From: Cyanophora paradoxa CCMP329
Lineage: Eukaryota; Plantae; Glaucophyta
Reading direction: 5' to 3'
Assembly (NCBI GenBank): GCA_004431415.1
Contig: QPMI01000499.1
Span: forward strand, 212,700 to 276,699
Length of the DNA stretch: 64,000 bases
Below are positions 24,701 through 37,950 of this stretch, one piece after another; within the stretch, counting starts at the first letter, position 1; every line of letters starts with the position of its first letter. The notes beneath the pieces were generated by a model. It made no database searches. It worked only from the letters and a program-made list of their open reading frames with translations, and was not told the origin of the DNA. Position numbers and translations under genes: made by a program.

Positions 24701-26095
24701 AGGGAGCATACGAGCGAAAGTGAACGCAAGATTATCAAGAGAAAGAAAGGCCGAAGGCCTGCGCCAAGAACAAAAAGGCCAGGCAGGGTCCGCGACGAAG
24801 AGAGAGGAAGACAGCGCTGAAGCAAACATGCAGCGGGAGCAAACGGGACAGAATTGAATTGGAGCTCGAGGATAGGCCCACAGGGTGGGAAGCCGCAGGG
24901 CGGCAAGGAACGCGCGGTATGTAGTCCAGCACCCGTGGAATTATCTGGTTATCGCGAACAGGGAAGGCAACAAAAGTACCACTTGGGCCTCGAAGGAGGG
25001 CAAACGAGGCGTCCGGTCCGGACCACCAGAGATGCTGAGGCGGCGATGCAGGGGCCTCGAGAACCTGGCGCCAAGTAGCCGGGAGCGCAGAACACAGACT
25101 AGGGAAAAAGGAGTGGAGGGCGGAGGAGGCAGCTGCTGGAGCCCGGAACCCCCGGGCAGCACAATCCCAGATATCGCAGACCCGCAGCAAGCCGGACCGT
25201 GCACAGCGACTCCAGTCGACCTCGTCGCCGGGAGTACTGAACAGAGGATTGAAGAAAAGAGGTTGGGATAACACTTCGGGAGAGTTACGAGGTTGACACA
25301 CGCCCTGGCGCTGAGCCCACTCGGAGAGAGTCCGCTTCCAAATAGGAGGCAAGTCAAGTCTGTCAAGTGGGAGGCGGAGCGAGACAAGGGCGGGGCCATA
25401 GGAAAAAGGTGCCAGCTGAGCGTCCAGTTTGCTCAAGAGGTACTCCTTCCAAGGAGCTGAACAAGAGGGGTCAGCGAGCAAGGCCACCCACTTCATTTTC
25501 AGCGATAACGAAAAAGCTCGAATATCCGGGCAGTTGAGACCACCTTGACGCCACGGCAGAGGAGAAATATACTTCGAAAGCTGCCCGCTCACGCCAGCAA
25601 AAGCGCGAAGCTTCTCTTGCCATGTCGAATACTGAGCATCAGGGGGTCAAGCAAATATAGAGCATAATGTAGGGACCCAATAAATACAGCCCAGGCAAGG
25701 AGAACGCCGGAACGCATCGGCATGCGATAAGTCTTCGCTTGCTGGACACGGATATCAAGAGCAGCGGTCTTTTTCCGCCAGAACCGAGACAGATCGGGCT
25801 CTAGTGGAAAGCCCAGGTATTTTCGAATTTTTTCAGCGGGAGGGAGATCCGTCACCTGAAGACGCCGCCAGGGGCAGTCCTCGACGCTAGGCCAGGCATG
25901 TGCGGGGATATCGCGGAGTGGAAGAAGGCTAGATTTCTCGAGATTAATAAGAGCTCCAGAGAGCCGGCAGTATTTATCAAAGCACTCTTTCCAGAAAGGC
26001 AATTCGGTAAAAGACGAGATTAAAGGAACCGTGTCGTCTGCAAACTGGAGCACCTTGCAGTTATTATTAATTCCATCACTGGTTTCTGGCACTTT
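21761..26095 (-). mobile_element. 5'-truncated non-LTR retrotransposon (L1/Tx1-like LINE) with long pyrimidine-rich 3' region
   Basis: RT and zinc-finger motifs at 23756-26092; a T-run at 21761-21770 could be the poly(A) tail; 3' boundary uncertain. Confidence 0.7.
23756..26092 (-). pseudogene. LINE ORF2 remnant: reverse transcriptase C-terminal part plus zf-RVT, frameshifted
   Basis: LQFADDT, SGALINLEKS, KYLGFPL, LPWRQGGLNCPDI..LKMKWV, CRVC..SHAHVFSECPLSRSFW across three ORFs. Confidence 0.88.
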
Positions 26096-26199
26096 CTGCG
26101 GGAATTTTTTTCGAATATGAACAAAACAGTTCTTTCTCCTGCCGGCCCGGCGCCCGGCCGCAGGCGGCCCGCGCGCTAGCGCTGGGCCGGACCGCGCGC

Positions 26200-26598
26200 C
26201 AGTGCTGTCATTATAACGTCCCCGGAATTGGGACGTTGTAATGATGTCATTGTATCGACATTATAACGTTATAACGCATTATGATACATTATGATACATT
26301 CAATTTCCTTCACGGGTACCTCAGCGTCCGCAGAAGTGGTCGCTTGCTAGGACCGTCGGCGAGCATCTCAGGAGCTCGATATTGCTTCTAAGACGTTTTA
26401 TCATCGTTTTATTATCGCGAAGACGTTAAACTGCGGTGAAATACGTGGAATGAGGGGGTTCAAGGGGGGGGGTGAAAGACGTTATAATGACTGTACGTTA
26501 TAATTACGAACTCCAGGGTCGTTATAACGCGTTACCAGTATAACGTCACGTTATAACGTGTCACGTTATTATAATGAGTACCTTGTAATGACAGCACT
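26200..26598. mobile_element. MITE with CAGTGCTGTCATTA termini (hAT-like start); right end abuts a CACAG-element end
   Basis: CAGTGCTGTCATTA at 26200 and TAATGACAGCACT at 26586-26598; internal TTATAACG repeats; right part duplicated at ~27200-27345. Confidence 0.55.
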
Positions 26599-27348
26599 CA
26601 CAGCTCGTTTGTTTTCCTAATCGACTCGACATGCCCGTTCCCTTGTAATGAATTCGCACACACCGAGACAAATGGCTAGAGATGTAACTGAGGTGTCCAT
26701 CTGTGTCAAGTCGAGAGATGAGCCTACGGGACTAAGCCTTTCGGACATCGGACCGGGTGGAGCTCGGATGTGGAAATAACTGGAGAAGCTACCCTGGGGG
26801 CTAAGTCTAGAGCTGCAGCACAGGAAAGATCCTACGCGGGAGAGGGAGTGACTACCCAGGGACGAGAGTAGAAATCAGAGGTGGGCAGCGAAGTGAGCTG
26901 CAGCTGTAGCTAGCGCTATGCTTAGTAAGCTAGGCCTCCGAGAAGGCGCACTATAATCTAGCCACTCTGTACACGCTACAGTACGGCCCGCCGTGTCGTC
27001 GGCACGGCGGGTCGGGTCGGGGGCTCGCTCGTGCGAGAGCAAGCCTGGTGGAGCCGCCGGGCTCAGAGCATCGGGGAAGATTGGTCGGGGGAAGGGGGGA
27101 CGGGGGCAGGGAGGAGGGCACGGCATGGGGCGAGGTTGGGCGGCGGGAGAGGACGGGGGAGGACCGGGTCGGGCAGCCGCGGTCGGGAGGAGGGAGGCTC
27201 CAACTCCGGGGTCGTTATAACGCGCTACCAGTATAACGTCACGTTATAACGTGTCACGTTATAATGAGTACCTTGTAATGACAGCACTCACAGCTCGTTT
27301 GTTTTCCTAATCGACTCGACATGCCCGTTGTATGGGCAAGGGTAGATC

Positions 27349-28560
27349 ATGAGCTAGCGGTGCAGCTGCGATATCGATATCGATGCGGGCCTGCTTCTAT
27401 CTCAGTGCCGTACCCCCCGCCCGCTCAGCCGGGTCAGCCCCTGGGTTGGCAGCGCCTCACTTTCGATCTGCAGCTGGGCGCAGCGTGGTCGCTTCCGACG
27501 TCGAGTGACCGTCGTGACCCGACAGCGGTAGCGCAGCGTTCAGTCAGGTTCATTGAAGTTGTTGCAAATCCGGCGCGTACCACTTCGGCCGGGCTGTGCT
27601 GTCTCGAGCGCATTCTCGAACGGCTCGCCTCGCATCTTAGCACAAGCACTCGAAGATGAAGAGAAAGGCGTGCGATTCATTGGAAGGCCGGCTCGCGATG
27701 CTGAACGACGTTAGCGTTCATGTCCATGCGCACGTAGTAGTTCCCCATGAGCACCCTCTCGTCAATGCCCCCGTTTTCGTGAGCATTGAGTTTCTAGTCG
27801 TGCGGCTCCACTTTGAGCCTCACGCGCGCGTATGCGGCACGTGCACGCAGCTAACGCCGGTGCCGCGGCCGGCGCTCCTCAACCTGCCCGATCCGCTGCT
27901 ACTCCGCGTGATTCGGCTTGCGTGCACGTGTGAAGACGATTACGGCTCGGACAGCGATGGACCTGTGGACCGGCTCGAAGCAAAGCTCCGCTCCGCTCTC
28001 GCGAGCTCCGAGTCGCGCGATCGGCCGCCGCCGGGGGAGCCGCGTGTCGGCCTCCGGGAGCTGTGTCGCCTGCGCCGAGTCTGCAGGCGGCTCGCGGAGC
28101 TGGTGGAGGCGGGCGCCGAGGCGTCGCGGGCGCGGCTGGAGTTCGTCGTACGCGTCGGCGCGGAGACGCGCGAGGCGGTGGAGGCGGAGCTGGACTCGGT
28201 GTGCGCGGCCGTGGCCCGCATGGGAGGCGCCGAGCTTGAGGATTTCGACCTGCGGCTCTCCGGCCAGGTCCGTGCACGCGGCCCGCCTCGCTGACTCTGA
28301 GAGGCTCGCGGATCCTGACGCCCGGCGCGCGCGCGCAGCCCGGCCGCACCCTCCCCGCGTTCTCGCTGGCGCCGCTCGCCCGCTTCCGCTCCCTCCGCGC
28401 CCTCCGCCTGGATGCAGGCATCCTGCGCTCCAGCGCCCTCCTGAAGGCCGAGCACGTCGCGCCGCTCGCCTCCCTCCGCCAGCTCACCCGCCCCGACCTC
28501 GCGGGCGGCGTCGTGGGCACCCCCGTCAGCCACGCCGCGCTCAGCGCCCTCTCGCCGCTC
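27349..28560 (+). repeat. 1212-bp tandem duplication of the F-box gene upstream/5' region
   Basis: 27349-27570 = 28561-28782 and 27565-28560 = 41765-42760; the second copy is split by the 13-kb element. Confidence 0.9.
27656..28560 (+). pseudogene. Truncated duplicate of the F-box/LRR gene
   Basis: Encodes the same protein as 41856-42760 (LLNLPDPLLLRVIRL..LCRLRRVCRRLAELVE); ends at the duplication junction. Confidence 0.7.
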
Positions 28561-28814
28561 ATGAGCTAGCGGTGCAGCTGCGATATCGATATCGATGCGG
28601 GCCTGCTTCTATCTCAGTGCCGTACCCCCCGCCCGCTCAGCCGGGTCAGCCCCTGGGTTGGCAGCGCCTCACTTTCGATCTGCAGCTGGGCGCAGCGTGG
28701 TCGCTTCCGACGTCGAGTGACCGTCGTGACCCGACAGCGGTAGCGCAGCGTTCAGTCAGGTTCATTGAAGTTGTTGCAAATCTATATCTGCACTTTTGGA
28801 GTATTGCAATACCT

Positions 28815-29215
28815 TCGACAGAATCTGCGACAGAATCAGTCGATAAAATTCGACTGATTCGGTCGACCGATTCTGGCGCAAAATCAGTCGATCGACTGAT
28901 TCTGTCGATCGACTGATTTTGTCGACCGATTCTGGCGCAGAATCAGTCGATAAAATTCGACTGATTCGGTCGACCGATTCTGGCGCAAAATCAGTCGATC
29001 GACTGATTCTGTCGATCGACTGATTTTGTCGACCGATTCTGGCGCAGAATCACTCGATAAAATTCGACTGATTCGGTCGACCGATTCTGTCGCAGAATCA
29101 GTCGATCGACTGATTCTGTCGATCGACTGATTTTGTCGACCGATTCTGGCGCAGAATCAGTCGATAAAATTCGACTGATTCGGTCGACCGATTCTGGCGC
29201 AGAATCAGTCGATCA
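28815..29215. repeat. Subterminal 107-bp satellite built from TCGA/GATC palindromes (left)
   Basis: GATAAAATT recurs at 28842, 28949, 29056 and 29163. Confidence 0.9.
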
Positions 29216-29779
29216 GTTGTGTTTTATCGTATAATAATTTCACCCTTATCTGTCGATCTATTTATTATATATATATAATATCAACTGAAATCAATTATAG
29301 CCAGTTCTGAAAAATATTGTGTTATATATAATTATACGCAGCCCTTGCTACCGCCTGCTGCATCCGTCCATATGCAGCAATCCTGGACTGGCCCAGGCGC
29401 CTTCCCGGACCCAGCGGTCCAGCATCCCAGCAGGCAGCACAAATAGCCCCCAGCAAATCCGTGTGAGGCAGCGTGGCACGGGGGCCTAGCAAGAGTAGCC
29501 AAAGAGACTAGTACTAGTACTACGTCGGCACGTCCCCCTGCGGCCCGCGGCCAGGGCAAAGGTCTCCGGCCAAAATTGAGCGGCGCCGGCCGCGGGGCGG
29601 GCCCCGCCGTCACGGCGGGAGCTCCGAGCTCGCGGGGCCGCAGGGGGCCGCGCCCGGTGGCGGCGGCGGGGGCGGCGGGGGCGGGCCACCTTCTCCGCGG
29701 CGCGCTCCTCCAGGAGGCCCGCAGCGCCTCCAGCTTCACCGGCTGCGCCCCCGCCGCCCCGTCGGCCTCGGCGGGGCGG

Positions 29780-31860
29780 GCCCAGCGCGAGCACCTCGAG
29801 GCGGCGGCGGGAGAGCGAAGCCCGCGAGTCGATGCGCGGGCGCGGCCTGCGCGGGCGCGCGTAAGGCGGCGCGGGCGGCGGGCGGCGGGCGGGAAGGGGC
29901 GCGGGGGGCGCACGGGGTACGCGGCCGGGCGCGTCCTCAGACTCAGAGGCGGTACGCGGCCGGTGCGGGCGGCCTCGACGGCGAGGCGCCCGTCCCAACG
30001 ATCACGTGCGGCACGCCGAGCTTCGTCAGGAAGCGCGAGAGCAGCCGCGCGTTCACCGCGTTGTCCTGCGCCGAGAACGGAGGGAAGCGTCAGCTGCGCG
30101 GCTCCGGAGGGGGGGGGGGGGGGGGAGCAGGGTGGGAGGGTACGGCACGCCTCGGCGGCGAGGACGCGGAGGGCGGTGAGGGCGGGCGGCGGGGGCCCGC
30201 TCGCCAGGTCCGACACCGACGCCGGCCGCAGGCTGCCGGCCCGGGTGAGCGGGGAGGGGGCGAGGGGGGGGGGGGGGGGGGAGCGACCGGTGGGGCCCGG
30301 GGGCGAGGCCGGCGCCCCCGGCGCCGCCTGCCCGGCCCAAATCTGGCGGGCGCGCCCGGTGAGGCGCGGCGGGCTGCAAGGGCCGGGGCGGTGCGGGGTA
30401 CCTGGATGCTGCTGAAGCCGCGGGCGGGGAGGCGGGGACGGGGGCGGGGAGCCGGCGCCGGCGGGCCAGCGCGAGCACCTCGAGGCGGCGGCGGGAGAGC
30501 GAAGCCCGCGAGTCGATGCGCGGGCGCGGCCTGCGCGGGCACGCGTAAGGCGGCGCGGGCGGCGGGCGGCGGGCGGGGAAGGGGCGCGGGGGGCGCACGG
30601 GGGTACGCGGCCGGGCGCGTCCTCAGACTCAGAGGCGGTACGCGGCCGGTGCGGGCGGCCTCGACGGCGAGGCGCCCGTCCCCAACGATCACGTGCGGCA
30701 CGCCGAGCTTCGTCAGGAAGCGCGAGAGCAGCCGCGCGTTCACCGCGTTGTCCTGCGCCGAGAACGGAGGGAAGCGTCAGCTGCGCGGCTCCGGAGGGGG
30801 GGGGGGGGGGGAGCAGGGTGGGAGGGGTACGGGCACGCCTCGGCGGCGAGGACGCGGAGGGCGGTGAGGGCGGGCGGCGGGGGCCCGCTCGCCAGGTCCG
30901 ACACCGACGCCGGCCGCAGGCTGCCGGCCCGGGTGAGCGGGGAGGGGGGCGAGGGGGGGGGGGGGGGGGAGCGACCGGTGGGCCCGGGGGCGAGGCCGGC
31001 GCCCCCGGCGCCGCCTGCCCGGCCCAAATCTGGCGGGCGCGCCCGGTGAGGCGCGGCGGGCTGCAAGGGCCGGGGCGGTGCGGGGTACCTGGATGCTGCT
31101 GAAGCCGCGGGCGGGGGAGGCGGGACGGGGGCGGGGAGCCGGCGCCGGCGGGCCCAGCGCGAGCACCTCGAGGCGGCGGCGGGAGAGCGAAGCCCGCGAG
31201 TCGATGCGCGGGCGCGGCCTGCGCGGCACGCGTAAGGCGGCGCGGGCGGCGGGCGGCGGGCGGCGAAGGGGCGCGGGGGCGCACGGGGGTACGCGGCCGG
31301 GCGCGTCCTCAGACTCAGAGGCGGTACGCGGCCGGTGCGGGCGGCCTCGACGGCGAGGCGCCCGTCCCCGACGATCACGTGCGGCACGCCGAGCTTCGTC
31401 AGGAAGCGCGAGAGCAGCCGCGCGTTCACCGCGTTGTCCTGCGCCGAGAACGGAGGGAAGCGTCAGCTGCGCGGCTCCGGAGGGGGGGGGGGGGGGGGGG
31501 AGCAGGGTGGGAGGGGTACGGGCACGCCTCGGCGGCGAGGACGCGGAGGGCGGTGAGGCGGGCGGCGGGGGCCCGCTCGCCAGGTCCGACACCGACGCCG
31601 GCCGCAGGCTGCCGGCCCGGGTGAGCGGGGAGGGGGCGAGGGGGGGGGGGGGGGGGGAGCGACCGGTGGGGCCCGGGGGCGAGGCCGGCGCCCCGGCGCC
31701 GCCTGCCCGGCCCAAATCTGGCGGGCGCGCCCGGTGAGGCGCGGCGGGCTGCAAGGGCCGGGGCGGTGCGGGGTACCTGGATGCTGCTGAAGCCGCGGGC
31801 GGGGAGGCGGGGACGGGGGGCGGGGAGCCGGCGCCGGCGGGGCCCGGCGCGAGCACCTCG
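29780..31860 (-). repeat. ~686-bp tandem repeat x3 containing a response-regulator receiver-domain exon
   Basis: CCTCAGACTCAGAGG at ~29935, 30621, 31307; each unit encodes DNAVNARLLSRFLTKLGVPHVIVGDGRLAVEA, typical of the first alpha/beta strands of a hybrid histidine-kinase receiver domain. Confidence 0.8.
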
Positions 31861-33649
31861 CCCTCGCCCTCGCGGTCGCGGTCGCCCTCGCGGTCGCGGT
31901 CGCGGGCTGGCCCCTCGCGAGGGCGAGGGCGAGGGCGAAGAGCTCGCTGCGCTCGGATCGAAAGAGAAGAAATATGCGCGACAGCAAACGACCGCACCTG
32001 CGCCCGAGCGGCCGCAAGCATGAACTCCGAGGCCGATCCCAGCAGCCACGGGCCACACGTCCGGAAAGCGGCACGCACTGCGCTGCGCACGCCGCCGGCG
32101 TTACAACAAGATCAAAGGGCGAGCAGTGGAGACAAGAGCGAGCACCTGGCCTGCGGAAGAAGGCGCCGGGCGAACTGGGCGGTGGTGTTCTGCTCGCGGG
32201 GACCAGTCACGCCCGCTCCCTGGCCCGCCAGCGAAATGAGGGATTGAATCAAAGGAGAGGAAACGAAAAGCACCTTGCTTCGCCTCCGCAGCCGCCGCCT
32301 ACGTTCCGCGCGTGCCTGTCAGCGGCAGAACGCCCACTGGCGACAGCCGCGGGAGGAATGGACAAAAAAGGCAACAAGGAGGTCGACAGCGATGCGTTCG
32401 CGAGCGTTCGCGGCCGCAACCGGGCGCCAGCCACCCTGAAGCAGCGCTCTGCGTTTGAAATCAGGCGGGCGACAGGCGGCGAGAGGCGCCAGAGGATGCA
32501 AGAGAGGACCTTCGAGCATCGTTCGCGCTGGAAGCCGACGAAGTTCGCTGCGGCGGCAGCAAGTCCGTTCGACCTGGTTTGAAAAGCGGAATCAGAGACG
32601 CGGGCAGCGCTGCGAGACCCCGGAGGAGCCAACGAACCGAGCCGCTGTGAGAGTGAAGCGCGTCCGCGCGGCAGCCTTCAGTCGAGGCTGCAGCTGCTGG
32701 CAGCAAGGCACATGAAGGCGCTTCAAGGCAGCAAGTTTGGGGTACATGTACATGTACACGACTGTTGGGAAAAGCCTTATGAGGCCCACAGCGGCAGGGC
32801 CGCCGCGGCGGCCCGTGCCGCAGTACAGCTTTTCAAGGCCGCCTGAAGCGATTGCCAACGGCTCGACCTGGCCCTCGGTCCGGAGCGCCTCCCGCTGCGG
32901 CACCTTCGCGCGTGCTCGCAGCACGCAGCGCGAGGCAGCTACAAGCACGTGAGCTTGTAACCATGGGTCCAGCTCCCCCCGTAGCGTCGTCCCTGCGCCG
33001 CGCCGATCCACAGCTAGATCGACCGGGCCCGCAACCCCGCGCTGGGTGACTTCGCCGTGCTGGCCGGGTTCTTTGCGTGGCTTTCAGCTCACTTACATCC
33101 GCAGTATCTCTACCAGACAGCCCCGCGGTCGATTTGGAGGGTTGAGGTGCACGCCGGCCGGCGGAGCTCTCTCACATGTTTCGGTTCATAGCGCGTCCCT
33201 CTAAGATGCTCACGCAGTGCCTCTGACTCTGGACTGGCCGGGCGCTGCGTGAGCGCGCGGACCGACGCAACCTCCCGATCGGCGGTCGCCTCGGGTGCGC
33301 CTGCCAAGCACAGCATTTGGCCAGCGACGCGCGAGCGCGTAGCTGACGAGGCCCAGATCGCCAGGATGGGTGAGCCGCCTCGGATCGTCGCAGTTTGGGA
33401 GACATTCTTCTACACTGCCTGGGTGAGCCGGCTGGGCCCGTGCGCGTCGCTGACGGGACGCGTACGCGTCGCTGACGGGGCGCGCCGGTAACACAGGATA
33501 CCGGAAAACGCCGCGTGAAGCCCATGGGCTGGGGTGCGGTGGTTGGCGACGCCGCTCGCGGGCGGGGCGGATCCGGAGGCGCGGCAGGCGGCCGCGTGAA
33601 TTCCAGGATAGGGCGGAGGCGCTTCCTGCGGCGCTGCAGCTCGCGGAGG

Positions 33650-36600
33650 CGGGCGAGCGGCCGGAGGCGCGGCGCGTGGCGGCGCGGCTCGCCGGGCGGG
33701 GCAGAGGCGCGGCGGGCGGCCGCACGGCTCGCCAGGCGGGCCGGGGGCGCGGCGGGTGGCGTCGGCGGCTCGCCGGGCGGGGCGGAGGCGCGGCGGGCGG
33801 CGGAGGCAGCTTGCCGGGCCGGGCGGAGGCGCGGCGGGCGGCCGCGAGGCTCCGCTGGGCGGGGCGGAGGCGCGGCGGGCGGCGGCGAGGCTCCGCTGGG
33901 CGGGGCGGAGGCGCGGCGGGCGGCGGCGCGGCTCGCGGAGCGGGATGGATCCTCGCGGGCGGCGGCGAGTGGCGGGGCAGACGCTCGGCGGGCGGCCGCG
34001 CGCCTCGCGGGCCGGGGCGGAGGCGCGGCGGGCGGCGGCGCGCCTCGCTGGGCGGGGCGGAGGCGCGGCGGGCGGCGGCGGCGGCTCGCGGGGCGGGATG
34101 GAGGCGCAGCAAGCGGCGTCGGCGGCTCGCCGGGCGGGGCGGAGGCGCGGCAGGCGACGGGGGCAGCTCGCCGGGCCGGGCGGAGGCGCGGCGGGCGGCG
34201 GAGGCGGCTCGCGGGCAGGACGGAGGCGCGGCGGGCGGCGGCGGCGGCTCGCGGACCGGGGCAGACGCTCGGCGGGCGGCCGCGCGGCTCGCCAGGCGGG
34301 CCGGGGGCGCGGCGGGCGGCGGCGCGGCTCGCCGGGCGGGCCGGGGGCGCGGCGGGCGGCGGCGCGGCTCGCCGGGCGAGACTGTGGCGCGGCGGGCGGC
34401 GGCGAGGCTCGCCAGGTGGGCCGGGGGCGAGGCGGGCGGCGGCGCGGCTCGCGAGGCGTGACGGAGGCGCGGCAGGAGGCGGAGGCAGCTCGCCGGGCCA
34501 GGCGGAGGCGCGGCGGGCGGCGGCGCGCCTCGCTGGGCGGGGCGGAGGCGTGGCGGGCGGCGGCGGCGGCTCGCGGGCCGGGGCGGAGGCGCGGCGGGCG
34601 GCGGCGCGCCTCGCTGGGCGGGCGGAGGCGCGGCGGGCGGCGGCGGCGGCTCGCGGGGCGGGATGGAGGCGCAGCAAGCGGCGTCGGCGGCTCGCCGGGC
34701 GGGCGGAGGCGCGGCAGGCGACGGGGGCAGCTCGCCGGGCCCGGCGGAGGCGCGGCGGGCGGCCGCGAGGCTCCGCTGGGGGGGCGGAGGCGCGGCGGGC
34801 GGCGGAGGCGGCTCGCGGGGCGGGCGGAGGCGCGGCGGGCGGCGGCGGCGGCTCGCGGACCGGGGCAGACGCTCGGCGGGCGGCCGCGCGGCTCGCCAGG
34901 CGGGCCGGGGGCGCGGCGGGCGGCGGCGCGGCTCGCCGGGCGGGCCGGGGGCGCGGCGGGCGGCGGCGCGGCTCGCCGGGCGAGACTGTGGCGCGGCGGG
35001 CGGCGGCGAGGCTCGCCAGGTGGCCGGGGGCGCGGCGGGCGGCGGCGCGGCTCGCGAGGCGTGACGGAGGCGCGGCAGGAGGCGGAGGCAGCTCGCCGGG
35101 CCAGGCGGAGGCGCGGCGGGCGGCCGCGAGGCTCCGCTGGGCGGGCGGAGGCGCGGCGGGCGGCTGCAAGGCTCGGCTGGGCGGGGCGGAGGCGCGGCGG
35201 GCGGCGGCGGCGGCTCGCGGGCGGGACGGAGGCGCGGCGGGCGGCCGTGCGGCTCGCCAGGCGGGCCGGGGCGCGGCGGGCGGCGGCGCGGCTCGCCGGG
35301 CGAGAATGTGGCGCGGCGGGCGGCGGCGGGGCTCCGCCGTGCGGGCGGAGGCGCGGCGGGCGACGGAGGCAGCTCGCCGGGCCGGGCGGAGGCGCGGCGG
35401 GCGGCCGCGAGGCTCCGCTGGGCGGGGCGGAGGCGCGGCGGGCGGCGGCGAGGCTCGCCAGGTGGGCCGGGGCGCGGCGGGCGGCGGCGCGGCTCGCGGA
35501 GCGGGATGGATCCTCGCGGGCGGCGGCGAGGCTCGCCGGGCGGGGCAGACGCTCGGCGGGCGGCCGCGCGCCTCGCGGGCCGGGGCGGAGGCGCGGCGGG
35601 CGGCGGCGCGCCTCGCTGGGCGGGGCGGAGGCGTGGCGGGCGGCGGCGGCGGCTCGCGGGCGGGATGGAGGCGCAGCAAGCGGCGTCGGCGGCTCGCCGG
35701 GCGGGGCGGAGGCGCGGCAGGCGACGGGGCAGCTCGCCGGGCCGGGCGGAGGCGCGGCGGGCGGCCGCGAGGCTCCGCTGGGCGGGGCGGAGGCGCGGCG
35801 GGCGGCGAAGGCGGCTCGCGGGGCGGGACGGAGGCGCGGCGGGCGGCGGCGGCGGCTCGCGGACCGGGGCAGACGCTCGGCGGGCGGCCGCGCGGCTCGC
35901 CAGGCGGGCCGGGGCGCGGCGGGCGGCGGCGCGGCTCGCCGGGCGGGCCGGGGGCGCGGCGGGCGGCGGCGCGGCTCGCCGGGCGAGACTGTGGCGCGGC
36001 GGGCGGCGGCGAGGCTCGCCAGGTGGGCCGGGGGCGCGGCGGGCGGCGGCGCGGCTCGCGAGGCGTGACGGAGGCGCGGCAGGAGGCGGAGGCAGCTCGC
36101 CGGGCCAGGCGGAGGCGCGGCGGGCGGCCGCGAGGCTCCGCTGGGCGGGGCGGAGGCGCGGCGGGCGGCTGCAAGGCTCGGCTGGGCGGGGCGGAGGCGC
36201 GGCGGGCGGCGGCGGCGGCTCGCGGGCGGGACGGAGGCGCGGCGGGCGGCCGTGCGGCTCGCCAGGCGGCCGGGGCGCGGCGGGCGGCGGCGCGGCTCGC
36301 CGGGCGAGAATGTGGCGCGGCGGGCGGCGGCGGGGCTCCGCCGTGCGGGCGGAGGCGCGGCGGGCGGCGGAGGCAGCTCGCCGGGCGGGGCGAAGGCGCG
36401 GCGGGCTGTGGCGCGGCTCGTGGGTGGGACGGAGGCGCGGCCGGGCGGCGGCGGCGGCTCGCGGACCGGGGCAGACGCTCGGCGGGCGGCCGCGCGGCTC
36501 GCCGGGCGGGCCGGGGCGCGGCGGGCGGCGGCGCGGTTCGCCGGGCGGGGCAGACGCGCGGCGGGCGGCCGCACGGCTCGCAAGGCGGGCCGGGGGCGCA

Positions 36601-36680
36601 GCAAGCGGCGTCGGCGGCTCGCCGGTCGGGGCGGAGGCGCGGCTCTCCGGGCGGGGCAGAGGTGCGGCGGGCGGGCACTA
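33650..36680. repeat. Extremely GC-rich ~39-bp minisatellite (inverted copy at ~38020-38830)
   Basis: Degenerate units like GCGGAGGCGCGGCGGGCGGCGGCGCGGCTCGCCGGGCGG. Confidence 0.85.
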
Positions 36681-36686
36681 GGCTCT

Positions 36687-37950
36687 CAGTGCTGGATTTG
36701 ATTTTGAGGTCGGCGCAGGCCGCAAGCTAGCTCGTAGCGTGCCGTGCATTATTTTGCAGGGCAAGTCGCCATTATTTTTGGCGGGCATTTTGAGGCCTTC
36801 CCGCGCGCCAGGAAATGCGAATAGAAGCCCGGCAGCCGGTAATCACGTTGAGGCCCTATCTAACACGCTATCAAATGACTCGTATCCGTTGGCATCTGAG
36901 CTGGAAAGGCACGGGCGGACTGGGAATCGGCTCTCAAAATTGATCTCGGGAGAAACCCTATAAGGGAGTCGTTCTTCCCGCCGCAATGCCCGGGAGCCCT
37001 GAGCTTCTTGTCAAATACTCTACAGATACACAGTGGGGCGCTGATATCATCTCCGGGTGCTTACATGTGCCAGGAACCCAGTATTCTTTTAATGGCAGCT
37101 AGAGACTCATGATCATGATCATGTGCAAAGAAGTGCGAAGTCGCCGCGCTGAGCATATGAGAACGGACGAGCTGACGAGAACTTCAGATTCGGATTCCCC
37201 ACCCTCGAAATGGGCGGGGTGCAAATGTGGAGTCAGTCGCGGACCAAGATGACGGAGCGGCGTCAGGTCAAGCGAGCTCTCCGAGACTGTCAACTTGCCT
37301 CGAAGAGGCCTCGAGGACAGAAACTTCGGAAATCACCAAGGATAGCATCTTATCTGACAAGTTACAAGTTACATCCGGGCGATGAGACGCTTTCGGGGGT
37401 TCTTGACAGTGCTGGATTTGATTTTGAGGTCGGCGCAGGCCGCAAGCTAGCTCGTAGCGTGCCGTGCATTATTTTGCAGGGCAAGTCGCCATTATTTTTG
37501 GCGGGCATTTTGAGGCCTTCCCGCGCGCCAGGAAATGCGAATAGAAGCCCGGCAGCCGGTAATCACGTTGAGGCCCTATCTAACACGCTATCAAATGACT
37601 CGTATCCGTTGGCATCTGAGCTGGAAAGGCACGGGCGGACTGGGAATCGGCTCTCAAAATTGATCTCGGGAGAAACCCTATAAGGGAGTCGTTCTTCCCC
37701 GCCGCAATGCCCGGGAGCCCTGAGCTTCTCGTCAAATACTCTACAGATACACAGTGGGGCGCTGATATCATCTCCGGGTGCTTACATGTGCCAGGAACCC
37801 AGTATTCTTTTAATGGCAGCTAGAGACTCATGACCATGATCATGTGCAAAGAAGTGCGAAGTCGCCGCGCTGAGCATATGCATATGAGAACGGACGAGCT
37901 GACGAGAACTTCAGATTCGGATTTCCCACCCTCGAAATGGGCGGGGTGCA
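36687..37950 (+). repeat. ~540-bp direct repeat pair (36687-37223, 37407-37950)
   Basis: Both start CAGTGCTGGATTTGATTTTGAGG and end GAAATGGGCGGGGTGCA. Confidence 0.85.

Noticed and set aside
28815-29215. CRISPR-like repeat array
   Set aside because: Contiguous 107-bp tandem units with no unique spacers and no cas genes.
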